Of a DNA stretch of 64,000 nt, positions 29,392-43,408 are shown piece after piece; within the stretch, counting starts at the first letter, position 1, and the number at the start of each line of letters is the position of its first letter. The stretch comes from Chrysomallon squamiferum. Lineage: Eukaryota; Animalia; Mollusca. The position numbers were made by a program, and so were the translations under genes. The stretch covers positions 16,430,001 to 16,494,000 of the forward strand of contig CM022665.1 in NCBI GenBank assembly GCA_012295275.1, written 5' to 3'. The notes below the pieces were generated by a model. That model was not told the origin of the DNA. It was given only the letters and a program-made list of their open reading frames with translations, and searched no databases.

Positions 29392-32300
29392 AATTACTGT
29401 TAGTATAGCTGTGCAAGTTGGAAAGATGATGATGAGAAAGTTCTAACATGATAATCTTGCCTCTGAAAATGTCTGTCCAAGACCATGTTAATTAAGATAG
29501 AAGGCACATTAGTATTATGCATGCCTAATTAGCATTTTAATCCTTCTGTCAGAATGTATTTCTAAGACTGTCATTTAGGATATGTGACATAAGATTAACT
29601 AGGAAAGTAGGTATATTGATCTTATACTCGCTAATTAGCTGTGAGTAGAAGCTACTACAGGACTTGATCCTTGAACCTGTAAGTTGTTAGACCATTGAAT
29701 AAACAAGGCTGCTCATGTGTTCAAGAAGAGTCATTTCCCTTCTGACCTTCTGATGACTTATTCATATGGTAAGGAAAAAAATTAGTGTCATCTCAAATGA
29801 TGTGCTGTAGGGCAATTCTACAGTGATAGGGTTGAAGTGAACCTGGAGGGGATGGGGAAAGATAGTGTATTTAATTGCCTAATCACGTATGAACTTGTTC
29901 AGATAGCCTGATACCAGCTCTGATTATTTTGTCTTTCACTTATTTCATACTGACTGCAAGCAAAAATGTTTAACATAGTGAAAGAAAATGTTTTACATAT
30001 ATACATGGGAAGATTCAGATGCTAGCATAAAAAACAAAAAGAGAAGGCATGAAAAGAAAATTATAAATATTGTTTTGAATCAGTATACATTGACACCTCA
30101 GCACATTTTATTATTAAACATATTAGGTGACCCATCCACCCACCCCCCCAAAAAAGAATAGATGTAAGAAAATGCAACAAAGGTTTCACAAATACAGAAT
30201 TGGAGGAATATTTGTAACAGCTGATTTGGCTTTTTTTAGGGGGTGGGGGTGGGGATTTGTTCTGTTGTTATTGTTTTTCTAAATAATTTAAATCAATGTA
30301 CAATAGGCGTCTGGAATTAATATATTTTTCTTGATAAGTATTTAATGTACATGGACAGAAACAAGAAACCAGTTACAAGCTTTATCATTAAAAAAATAAG
30401 GGGGAAAAATGACAAATAATGCCAGTATCTTTAATCTTTCACCTATCATTGTTATCATGGAACTGCCTGTGTGATAAAGTTCAGGGTTTTATTAAGTTGG
30501 AGTATTGTATGTGGAGACTGAATTGTCTGAGAGCAATTAGCCAGTATATTTATGTTATGGATTTCTTGTGTTTCAACCAGAATCATTCCAGTTATATTCC
30601 ATCTGCTCTGCTATTGATCAAAATATCTGATTGCAAAATGTATTACAAATACAAACCTGTTTGAGAATATCTGAATAGAAAAATTTCAGAAACAGAATGA
30701 ACTGCCTTTTCATTGATCGAGTCTATTTATCCAGCATTTGTATCCATTTTTAACCCCTTCTAACCCATATTTCACTTACTCAGCTGTTCAAGGTTTACAA
30801 CAGTTTATTTTTTAAACTGAATTATAATTTTAGACTTCATAAATATTAAATCTTTTGAACATTTCTTTTAATGAATCTTATTTAGTATCAAGCTTAAAAT
30901 GAAATATAAGTAACTTTTTGGTAAATGAAGTGATAAGAAAGATAATTGTTTCATTCATTTTTCAGGATGATGATGCTTCTACACAGACTTGGCCAGATTA
31001 CTATGTGGAAAGAATGAACACAATGTCAACTGTGAGTTTCTTATTACATATCATTTGATATACAAATACTGTACAGCTTGAATTCTTACACATGTTTCTG
31101 AATATAGATGATACATCAAACAGCACAGTCTAACAGAAGTATGTATACAAAATCTCTTGGTGCTAATTAATAATAAGTCTTCTACTGTTGCTGCAGTAGA
31201 TTTCATCTTTCAGACTTTAACACATAATCATTTATCTGACACCTAAAACTATCATTAAAATGAGTTGAGGTTATATTAAATACATTTTCATTTGTCGATT
31301 TATTTTATCGTTTACATAGACTCATTTCATGCCTAAACAGAATCTTGTTTAACTGTTTCTTGTTGCTCTCTGTTGTCTCTTTCTCTGTCTTTCTAACTTT
31401 AACTCATTCTCTTTTTGTTTATGTTGATCCATGAAGAAAGTAATAGAATAGGTTTGCATTGTACTTGAGTTAAATGTTTTTCAGCTATATCTTGGTTTCA
31501 ATGACGAAGAAATCAACTTGAGAATTAAACTTGTTGATAACTTGAAAACAGCACTCAGAACTCAACCAATGAGGTATGTCAATTTGTTTTTATTATTATT
31601 ATTATTTTTTTAATCATATATTATTTAAAATAAATAAATAAATAAATAAAAATAAATGATGAATGAATAAATTATAGATTCAGTCTTTAGTGACTATTTA
31701 AAACAAACAATTTTTTTTTTTTTAAATTTAAAAATTATTTCACACAGTAATTTTCAGCTGGTTACTAGATATCATTTTTTTAATCTCGGTATTTTTGATA
31801 TTTTAGTTTTGTTGTGAGATTCATTGAGAAAAATGGACTGCAATGTCTACTGGACTATCTTTGTAAGATGGACTACCAGCTATCTGAAAGTCCATTGCAT
31901 ACATCCATTATTGGGTGTATCAAAGCTCTGATGAATAATTCTGTAAGTATCTAATACACACACATAATTAAACTGTTCATAAAATATAATTTTTAATTTC
32001 TTTTAATAGTAAAGATTACAGTTACAGTTATGTACTTAATATTGGAAGCACTATAAATATGGAATGGAAAAGGTCAAATTCATATTCATTCTTTGTTCCT
32101 ATTTAAGAAAAAAACAAGACATTGTTAAATTTTTATCTTTTTAAATTTTACTTGGTATTTTTACTTCTGTTTTATCTATGTTTATATATGTGTATATATT
32201 TTGTTTTAATTACTACTTACTTTTATTTCTTTTTATTTCATTATTATTTAATTTTTATTCACATAATTTGTTTTATTATTTTTAATTTTTTTTTATTTTC

Positions 32301-35300
32301 AGCATGGTCGATCTCACGTGCTTGCCCACCCCAACAGCATCAACATCATTGCACAGAGTCTGAGTGTTGAGAATGTTAAAACAAAGATTGATGTGTTGGA
32401 AATTCTGGGAGCTGTCTGTCTTGTTCCAGGAGGACATCGTAAAGTCCTGTCAGCCATGTTGCATTTTCAGAAATATGCCTCAGAAAGAACAAGATTTCAG
32501 GTATTTACACCTACATGAGATAAAAAAAAAGTTATTATAATATATTGATTATAAAGAAATTAATAAATGCTACAAAATATTTGATTTAATTTTTATTTTA
32601 AAAACTGAGGAAAAAGAAAATCTGAGGTAGATTTTCTCATTAAGAAATGTGATGAAATATCATGTATAGATATTACAAATACCACCACATGCACATTATA
32701 ATCATGCATTCATTTTTATCTGTGCAAAAATGTCTGAAAATAGTTTATTTCAAAAACTATTTTAATATCTCATCAGACAAACCTGAATATTTTTTTTTCA
32801 GAGATCATCTTAATAATTAAACATTTTTATCTGATATTTTCCAGACATTGATCTATGACCTTGACCGGAGTACAGGTAAATACAGGGAGGAGGTTGGTTT
32901 GAAGACTGCAGTTCTGTCTTTCATCAATGCTGCACTCAAATATGGACCTGGACAGGTGACTAATAGACTTTGTAAACATATTTATTTTGTATTGAAAGTG
33001 TATATTATGCAGAATAAGAATTTACCATAAAATTATATATTTCTTATTTGTTTATATATATATATATTATTTAATTCAAAGAATTTAAGATAAAATTATC
33101 CAATTTTATTTGTATCTTTGTTTATTTTCCAACAGGATCATCTGGAGTTTCGTTTACATCTTCGATATGAATTTTTAATGTTGGGCATTCAACCAATTCT
33201 TGACAAACTGAGAGATCATGGCAATTCTACTTTAAACAGGTATTAAGTAGATTCTTTAATTCAATGGCTGTTGTTATTCATATTATTATTGGAAAATGTA
33301 AATGTATGAATGTGTATAAATTTGTGTATGCATATATATCTATTCATGCAAAGATGATATGAGAATATTTGTGTTTTCAAATTTTGATATAAAGAGGTAT
33401 AAAGTACAGTGCAATGTATTAAAATATATAAAAACACTGTATAAGCAATTACATTATATTTAATTGTTGTGTAATTTTTAAATTGTTTTCAGACATATTG
33501 ATTTCTTTGAAATGGTCCGAACTGAGGATGAGAAAGAGCTTGCAAAAAGATTTGAAGGGGTTTGTATTTCTTATCAGTTACTTTATTTGATTGATTTATT
33601 TTTATTTTATTGTATTATTATTACTTTTTCTTGTTTTGTTTATTTTTATTTTTTTTTATTTTTTTTTAAATGGAAAAATAAATATTTGTAAGATACAAAT
33701 ATATCTTATTTTTTGAGAAAAAAAAACCTTGTCAGATATCTTATCTAGCTATTAAACTCAGTGATTTTAAAATGAATGTATTTAACTTCTGTAAGCTGTT
33801 TCATTAATATTGTTGTTACAGGTTCATGTTGACACTAAAAGTGCTTCACAAATGTTTGAAATTCTGAGAAAAAAACTGGCACTGTCTGCAGCATACCCAC
33901 ACCTGCAGTCAGTTCTACAGCATCTGTTATTATTACCATGTAAGTAAAATATAAAGCAGTAAAACATTTTTTAAATATTATACTATATAAAATAATATAT
34001 AAATGAAGAAATATATAACATGAAATTTAGGGATTCTCTCCACATGGATAAAAATTATAAAAAAAAAAAAATAATAATAAATAAACAAATAAATAAATAA
34101 ATAAATTTATTTAATTAAATGATTTTCTGAATCAATTTATACTTCATAGACCGAAGAATTTTTATTTGTTGAAAATTCCCTACTGCTGTAAATCTAAAAT
34201 TAAATGTAAATAGCTATTGTATGTTTGAAACTGTATTTTTTTTCAAACTGACAACAAACCAGCTATCTTCTTTATTTCAAATCCAATATGACTTTGTATT
34301 CTTAAATATAACAAAACATTTAAAATCTAAAATTCACCTCATATTTTTAATAACTGCTTTACTTTTATGCTACCAGCTACATTTTTGCTAATCAACTGTT
34401 TTATGTATTTTCAATTTAGAATAATTGTTTTACCACACATTATCAATTTTGTCATTGTTCTTACTTACTATGCTGGCTCCATTTTATAATTTCAGATGGA
34501 AAGCATGACTGGGTATCTCTGTGGACCATTATTGATCAAGTTGTGCAACAGATTTCCTTACAGACAAACGGACAAGATCCTGATGTTGCTCCAATGGAAA
34601 TAAACCTCAAGAAAGTTGTCCATCAGTGAGTCTTCCTACCCTTTATTAATATTACTCCTTGTATCACAAAAGACTGAAAAAGTTATCATATCTATCAGTT
34701 CATCAAATCTTATTTTTGTTTTACCTCTTATTGTTCTATTAATAATGTATTATTTTTATGTTAATGTCAAATATTATTATTAAGATTGATCACAGAAACA
34801 AATAAAACAAATATTTAGAAAACAAAAATGCTTGTTTGTTCAAATCATTATTACAACAAGAAACAGATAAAATTATTACCCAGAAGTATAGAATATTTAT
34901 TTTATGCTGTTTGTTCAGACATCAACATGTTTTAAATATTTGAGACTGGATATTGCTTTGTATTTCAGACTTGCCAGTGAAAATGATGTTAAATCCTACC
35001 AACAGAAACTTAGGGAAGTAGAAAAAAGTAATGATGAACTTAATGCTAAACTGGAAAAGAAAGAGAGAGAGTGTGAAGTGAGGCTGCAGGAAAAGGTACA
35101 GTGCAAGCAAAAACATTAATAAAATACATTTAATATTAAATCTAATAGTTTAAACTGTAGAGAATCATTAGTAATACATTGAACCATTATAAATTTTTTT
35201 ATAAATTAATAGAAATAACAAAAATAATAATGATGATTTTAATGGTAATCTTGATAGTAAGATTATTATATATTACCATCATCATTATAACAGTAAGAAC

Positions 35301-35753
35301 AAATTGACTCTGAAGTAATGTAGTGATTGAAAAATATTATAGTGGTTTCTTTTCAGTATGCTCTCTTGTATGTATTTAATATATATCAATCACATTATGT
35401 TTTCATATCCTAGTACAAGTCAAATGATTGGAATGGTAATAATGCTTATTTGTATATCCTAAGTATTTCTTTTCCATGTTATATCTTAACTATCTACAAT
35501 AATATATTTTATTTTACATACTATTTATGTTAGATTATGTACTTTATTTAGTTAATACTTATCTGTGAATTTTATTTATTTCTGGACTTCAGGAAGAGCT
35601 GATTTCTACAATGAATAAAATGAAGACAAAGTTGGAGAAGGAAATAGCAAATCATGCAGAGACAAGAAAACAGCTTGAAGATCTTATTAATTCTTTTCAT
35701 GAGGCAAAGATACAAGTAATATTTTACTTAGTTTTGTTTCCATTTTATTCAGA

Positions 35754-35794
<41 letters not shown>

Positions 35795-38625
35795 TACTCT
35801 GTTCTTTTTTTTTTTTTTTTAAATATCATTATGATTATAAACAGTTTTTAGGCAACACCATTTTTTTGTTTTTTGTTTTGTTTTGAGGATATGATAGAAA
35901 CACAAATATATTAACAACAACCAGTCTTATTTCAACAACTGTTTATGGTTTTCATTTGATACTTTAGGTAAAATATACAAATTGCATGTGACAGATATAA
36001 ATACAAAACTTAAAACTTTCAGACTATTTGCTTAACACTCTAAATTAATGCTACTAGTCACTGTGTCAAATTATAAAATAATAATATGAATACATCTATT
36101 TATTTTCTTTTAATTATTGTTCAGCTGGAAACTGAAAGAGGTGAAAAACAGAAACTTCAACATCTAGTTAAAACAGGAAGCCTTCCTGATGATGCTAAAA
36201 TGGGAATCTCAAAAGCTGCAGCATCTCTCATCTCTCTGGACATTGGTCGTAGCATATCTAATGGGCATGTTCTACCTCCACCCCCACCTCCACCACCACC
36301 ACCGCCACCACCTGGATCAGCACCCCCACCTCCACCTTTAATAGGTAAATTTTAATTTGAATATATGAATGATATAAATATTTATTTGTTCATTTTCATT
36401 TTCTGATTTTGATGAAGTGATCTTAAAATAGTTGATTAAAAACTATAAAAAAAATCAAATCATTTATATAAGTTTTATTTAATTATTTTTACTATTATTT
36501 TCTTTTTGTTTCTTTAGTTATTATTATTACTATTACCTTTTTTAGTTCGTTATTAATATTTGTAATAGTAATATTATAATTATTATACTGATGATTGTTA
36601 TTTTTTCTTCTTTACTTCTTTCTGTCATTATGTATTTATTTATTAATTCATTTATTCATTTATTCATTTATTTATGTATTCATTCATTCATTCATTCATT
36701 CATTCATTCATTCATTGTAGGTGGCTCTAGTTTAGGAAAGTTTCCTGGATCTGCAATGAAAAAAAAAAATTGTCCCAAACCCAACAACCCACTCAAGTCT
36801 TTCAACTGGACCAAACTTCCAGAGGTTAGCTTCTGTCAGAAACTAATCCATTTAGCACCAAGCTTCATTATTTTCACATCTGTATGACTCTAGCCAAAAT
36901 CAATGCATTTAAGTAAAAATGTATTAAGCAATTATTTTCATGACCTTTTTGGTGGCAGACTGGAGGTTGATAAAACATATTTTTAAAATAAATTAAATTA
37001 AATTAAAATGTCAAATTATACATATTTAACTTAATTCTTCAATATATGCTTTATTATGATTTCTTTTTGTAATGTGTCCATTTTTCTATTTTCAGAATAA
37101 AATAGCAGGCACAATATGGACTGATTTGGATGAAACAAGAGTAATATTTCAGTTTCAAATAATTACACCAATTAGAAATAATTGATAAAGAATGTTAAAT
37201 TCTATTTTGAATAAAAGTTTATGCCACTGTTTTTGTTCATGCATTACTATTAAGTTTTGTAAGTATATTCAAAATTAGATGTTTATTTTCATTTAAAGGC
37301 AAAATTTATTATGTAACTATCTGTCTATCCTACCTTTCTATCTACCTGTCCACCTATCTTTTTCTGGGTCTGTCTGTTTATCTGTTTATCTGTATGTGCA
37401 TATGTCTATCACTCAACTATATATCTATATAATCTATGCATAGATCTATTTATCTGTTTTATCTTCTTTGTCTGTCTGCACCTTATGTAAAAAAAAAAAC
37501 TGATATAATTTTCAGGTGTATCCACTTCTTGACCTCACTGAATTTGAGCAGACATTCTCAGCATACCAACGTCGTGACAGCCCTGAGGATGACCATATCA
37601 ACTTCAAACCGAAGAACAAAGAACTGACTGTGATAGATGGACGGCGGGCACAGAATTGTAACATTCTGCTGTCCAAGCTGAAGATGACCAATGAGGAACT
37701 GGCCAAAGCAGTGATGAGTATGGACTCAGGGGAGGATCTACCTAAAGATATGGTGGAACAGGTAAGTAACAAAATGTAGAATGAGGAACAAAACAATATA
37801 GATAAGGACCAAAATTATGAATGGTAAAATAAAATAAAATAAAAAAGTAGAATGGGTAAGAAATTAAATGGTAGAAAAAGGGGAAAAAATGGTAGAGAAA
37901 GTATAAAAGATAACATAAAATGACAGAACAGTTAAGAAAATGTTAGAGCCACAAAGAAACAAAATAGTAAAATGGATATGAATCAGAATTGTAGAATAGG
38001 AACAAATTATAACTGCTAGAAGAGGAAAGGCATCAACTATCATTCATATTATTTAGGAAATGTTTATATTTATTTTATTATTTATTTTTAAATTTTGCTA
38101 AAAGAATATTTGCTCCAAGCTGTTAGTTTTATTTAGATGTATATTTTTAATTGTATTTTTTATTTTCTAAAAGTTGCTGAAGTTTGTCCCAACCCCAGAA
38201 GAAACTCAACTTTTATCAGAGCATGCTCAAGAAATAGAAAACATGGCACGTGCAGATAGGTTCTTGTTTGAGATGGGCAAGTGAGTAATAAATTCCTGTT
38301 TTTCACAGCATAAGATACCAGAATATTCCAGATATTTCATAATGAAGAAATATTTAGCAAATTTGAGATTATCTTGTTACTAAGCAGTATATCTTGGTTG
38401 TTTTATAAACTTTATGCTATTTTTTGCAGTGAGTAAATTTATTTGTTTTTTGAATTAGATATTTTATTTTAGTAAATATATAAATAGAATATCTGTCTTT
38501 ATGCTTGGTTAATGATTTGTTATTTTTAAAATAATTTTCACAGAATTTGTGATTTATATTTTTATAATGTTTAATAATTTTCTTTAAGAAAAAAAATTAT
38601 GTACGTATATATGTATGTGTGTGTT

Positions 38626-38692
<67 letters not shown>

Positions 38693-41440
38693 TACTATTT
38701 AGGTAATATGCTTCTTTGATAATTCTAATATATATGTAAATAATAACTGAATCTGAACATATTAATTCAAGTCATACTTAATTTTATTTTATAAATTTTA
38801 CAGAATTGTACACTATGAACAAAGATTGAAAGCATTATATTTCAAAAAGAAGTTTCAAGACAGAAGGACAGACTGTAAACAAAAAATAGATGGTAAGTTA
38901 CTGTTACAAAGAGTGTCAAATAATATATTTTTAAAATTCTTTATTTTTATTATTAATTAAACAAAAACGAAAACAGAAAAAGAAATAATAATTATGAAAA
39001 CTAACAATATATACACAGCTAAAACATTATCTTCATATTTTGCCAGAAGAATAGACAAAAACACAAATTATTACTGGGGTTTTTTCTTACAATTTTTCAG
39101 GTGTATTTGATGCTTCAAAACAAATGTTTAGAAGTAGAAAATTGAAAAAGTTGTTGGAACTTGTGCTTGCACTTGGTAATTACATGAATCGAGGTCAAAG
39201 GGGAAATGCTGTGGCTTTCAAGATGGTTTCATTGAACAAGATCATTGACACAAAATCAAGTATCAGCAAAAATATGACTCTTCTGCACTACATAGTTACA
39301 GTTGTTGAAAAGAAGGTAAGAAAATTGTGTCTACTTTTATTCAAAAATTGTATATAATATTTTTAATTATTTTTTTTATTCTAGTTATTATTATTTTAAT
39401 TATTTTTAATAGAAGTAGTATCATCATCATCATTATTATTATTATTTATATTTTGGACCAGACCATTCCTTTATCAGATTGGTTGTATATTTAATGTGCT
39501 TAATATATGTGTACATTTTTCTATGTAAATGTGTGTGTATCTGCACACATAAACACTTTTTTATCCAAGTTTAAATTGAAATTATGACTTTCATTATGTG
39601 AATTGTGTCTTTTCTGACTCCATACAAAATTCTTCCTTCATTTATATTAAAAGAAAATTATTTTAAGTTTTCAAATATTTGTTTTTATTTATAGTTTACA
39701 GAAGTGTTAAAACTGGAACAAGATCTGTCTCGAGCAAAAGATGCAGCAAAAGTCAAGTATGTATACATTATTGTTATGTATGTTTAATTAATTCTAAATT
39801 TGCTTTTAAATCTAAATATACTTACTACTGGCTACCAATTTTTATAATGTTTTTAGATTTTTTGTTATAATCATGCACTTATATTGTTTTTATCATGCTA
39901 ACATCAAATCACAGACCTTTTAAACAAAGTTATTTAATTTGGAACAACTACATACTGTAAATGTAATAGATTTCCCTGTCTTTTGAATAGATAATATATG
40001 TTTTTCTTTTTTTCTATTTCAAGTTTTTCAGATTTGGACAAGGAAATAAACAGTCTGAAAAATGGACTTAAAAATATTGAAAAGGTAATTTCTTTTCTTT
40101 AATACATTTACATTATTTTCAGAAAGTAATGGAGATAATACTGGTCATCTGGCTGAATGCTAAACAAAATCAAGAAATATTTTTATTTATTATATACATT
40201 TATACAAAAATATATTTTTTCAGGATTTTAATAGATTTTTTGTTGTTCTATTCTATTCTTAGACTAAACAAAACACAATTTATGTATCTTTATTAAAAAA
40301 AAATTGTAGAATATTTACTACAAACTGATTTTTGTTCAAGGAAATGGACTTCTTTGGAAAACAGCATTATGATCCCAAGGACAAATTTGTTTCTGTTATG
40401 GGAGATTTCTGTACTGTAGCTGCTTACAATTTTTCTGAGGTTGAAGAAACTTACACAGAAATGAAACAGAAGGTATTTTACTATTTTCTAAAAACAACTA
40501 GTCTTTTTCATACAACAGTATGAGACAAATGTGTAAAGTTATAAAAATGTTTTTCTACATTAATACATTTTTCTTTAATGTAATTACTATGGTTATATAT
40601 ATTATGAACAAATAAATAAAAACAATGTCTACATTACTAGATTATCATTAACTATGGAAAACATAAAACATAAGTCATAAAGTATAACAATAATATATTA
40701 AACAGTATGTTTCTGTAGTTAATTTTCCATGTGGCATCATATCATTCATAGTACACATAAGGTACATCAGAAACAACAATACAAGAACCATCTCTTTTGT
40801 TTATTTATTTATTTAACTGAAGTGAAGACAACAAATATGGGAAATTGGCAGCATATGTACATTGTCTCAGGCCTGTTATATTACCATATTAAATAAATAT
40901 TATCAAAAGTGCCATGTACACTTGAAAATATACAAAATGTATTTCAACTATTTTATACAGTACATGGCACTGTACCATAGTTTTTAACACTGTCTATATT
41001 TTGTTGTGTATAAGATTGTCTCTGTTAGATAAAGCCATCTTAACTTTGATTTTGTCTGCATGACCACAGCTTTAAGCCAGTGTTTCTGTATATTTCAGTA
41101 TGACACCATGCTGAAAGCATTTGGAGAAGAACCAACAGTACAGCCAGATGAATTCTTTGGTATATTTGACACATTCCTCACATCTTTCTCAGATGCCAGA
41201 CTGGAGAATGAAAGAATGAGAAAACAGAAAGAAGAGGAAGAAAAGAGAGCAAAGATGGAAGATCAGGTACATGTTTTAAACATTTCTGTTAAGTTGTGTA
41301 CAATTAATGTTTTATTTACTAATTAAATTTTTTTATCAAAACGTCTGAACTCATATTGTTTTAAGAAATTTCTGTTAATAAAAATTATAATTATTAGTTG
41401 ATAATTAAAAAAAGTTTAATTAATAGTCATATATACATAC

Positions 41441-41479
<39 letters not shown>

Positions 41480-43408
41480 ATTTATGAAAATCTTGTATTT
41501 GATGAACACTTTAATGAAATTGTTAGAAAGAATAAAATTGTTATAGTACAACATCATGTTTCAGGTTTCCATTTGTGTAAGTTTCTGCAGGTCATGGGGA
41601 TTAGTTTTATTTTTTCCCATGTATTTTGTAATTAATTTTGTTCTTAGACCTCCACCCACCCCATTAAAAAAAACAGCATTAAAGAAAGTTTCAGAAAGTC
41701 ATGTGAAGATTTAAATAGTGGGTGTATATCTGTATGTATGTGTTTCTGTTGTATGTATGAGAGATAAATTAACTGACTGAAATATGGCATACACACAGGT
41801 CACAATGAATACATTTAAATATATTTTATTGTTACTAATCTTACATAGACATCAACCATATTAAAACAAATTTTTTTTTCACTTTTCCTTTAGCCATGTT
41901 TCAGAGTAAGTGGGTTTATAGAATAATTTGAATTACAAACTAATATACTGATATGTTTTTGTTAATTCTAACAAAAATATTTAAAAAAAAAAATGTTTAG
42001 ATTTTTAACAAAGAAATAAAGAATAAATTAATAATAAATCAAAAATTAGAATGGAAATGGTTTATCTGTTCATTTGTATTTATAAAAAAACCTAATAGTT
42101 TCTAATATTATAAAGTGTTATTAAACAAATGTTCATTTATATGTGAGAGCAGTTCTTTTAAATTTATAATATTTTACTAATTGTTTTCTGTGTTTACTGA
42201 CAGATTAATTTTTTTTAACTAAATACTTTTTCAGTTTTGTATTTATCATGTTAACATCAGATCACAGACCTTTCAAAACAAAGTTATTTAATTATTAAAA
42301 TAATAATAATAATAATAATTCTTTATCATTTTGCATATTAAAAGAAAATTAAATTTTAAATATATTGAATAATTCATAAATTTTAATGAATTGCTCATCT
42401 CGATTGACAGTAAATCACTTTCTTTTTTTTTTTTTTGAATGTAAGTTATTGATTGCAAAAATCTTTTGCTCAATACCTAACTTTTAGAAACAAAAAATTT
42501 GTAAAATGACTTTCTTTGATTTTTACGTGTTAATATTTCATTCTGTAATTATCCAATTGAAATAATTTACTGATTTGTAATTTTAATTGTTCAGCTGAAA
42601 AAGGAGAGAGAGAAACGTTTAATGCAGAGGAGAGGAAGTAGCAATGTGGAGAAAAAAGATGGCAAAATCACATCAATTGCAATTGAGAATGGAGAAAAAG
42701 GTAACTTGATCAACACATAACTTGTATTTTCAACCTGAATCAAACATACACCACAATTATATCTGTACAAACAGATCATTTCATTAATTTCTAATAATTT
42801 GTTTTTGAAAGTAATTAATTAAACAACATAACAAGCATCAGAGAAAGAACAAAGCTTGGTATTTTTTCTTTTAGTATGACTTCATTTTTGTGGAAATGTT
42901 AAAGAAAAATCTAAAAGATAAGTAAATAAATAAATATTTAAGACAATAAATTGTTTTTAAAATTATATATATATATATATATATATAGTCAAATATTTTT
43001 TGTATATTTCTCTATGCTACATGACATCCCAAAAAGAGAAAAATATCAGCATTAATGACAACTTATTAACATAAATAAAATTTCATTAATACATAGTTTT
43101 TTTATTTGACACTGATAAAACTATTTTCATGGTCACAGGTATTACAAAAATCTTGAAAAGGAATCTTAAAATTTGTAAGCCCACATATAATCAGAATACT
43201 AATACATAAAGCATAACATAGCATAGCATGGAAACAAGTTTAATATTTTGTAACTACATTTTCAGGAGAGTTTGATGATTTGATATCTGCACTGAGAACA
43301 GGGGATGTGTTTGGGGAAGACATGGCTAAAATGAAGAGAAGACGACGAGTGGCTAACAACACAACACTGGACAGGGAAAGAGTAGGAAATTTAAATGGCA
43401 TGAAATAG
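20438..43408 (+). CDS. DAAM: Dishevelled-associated activator of morphogenesis (DAAM) formin, complete, 1070 aa (GBD/FH3, coiled coil, FH1, FH2, DAD)
   Basis: 26 phase-consistent coding exons: 20438-20593, 22139-22228, 30966-31031, 31485-31573, 31807-31942, 32303-32500, 32845-32955, 33136-33239, 33493-33559, 33822-33939, 34496-34625, 34969-35095, 35593-35715, 36125-36344, 36721-36824, 37096-37140, 37516-37761, 38174-38280, 38804-38892, 39101-39315, 39695-39756, 40024-40084, 40341-40472, 41099-41266, 42595-42700, 43266-43408 (3213 nt). Motifs: [45 protein letters not shown], poly-Pro FH1, [60 protein letters not shown]. Confidence 0.97.
22862..23050 (+). mobile_element. Degenerate tRNA-derived SINE
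   Basis: A-box-like GTAGCTCAGTGG head with no cloverleaf; body resembles the reverse complement of other decayed copies in the window. Confidence 0.45.
26905..27130 (-). mobile_element. Degenerate SINE copy; similar pieces at about 4505-4630, 11715-11850, 18035-18155, 23650-23880 and, in the opposite orientation, 2810-2930
   Basis: Shared motif order agcagca...tttta(t/c)atg...aggaaa.cacata...cttt...cact at several intronic sites, heavily diverged. Confidence 0.45.
29337..29386. repeat. (TG)n microsatellite
   Basis: Perfect run. Confidence 0.95.
38616..38686. repeat. Compound (TG)n(GA)n microsatellite
   Basis: Seen directly. Confidence 0.95.

Noticed and set aside
39692-40031. Competing CAG acceptors 7 and 8 nt downstream of the DAAM exon 21 and 22 acceptors (sum 15 nt, apparently frame-restoring)
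   Set aside because: The first shifted acceptor gives AAG TGT TAA, an immediate stop, so no compensated isoform exists.
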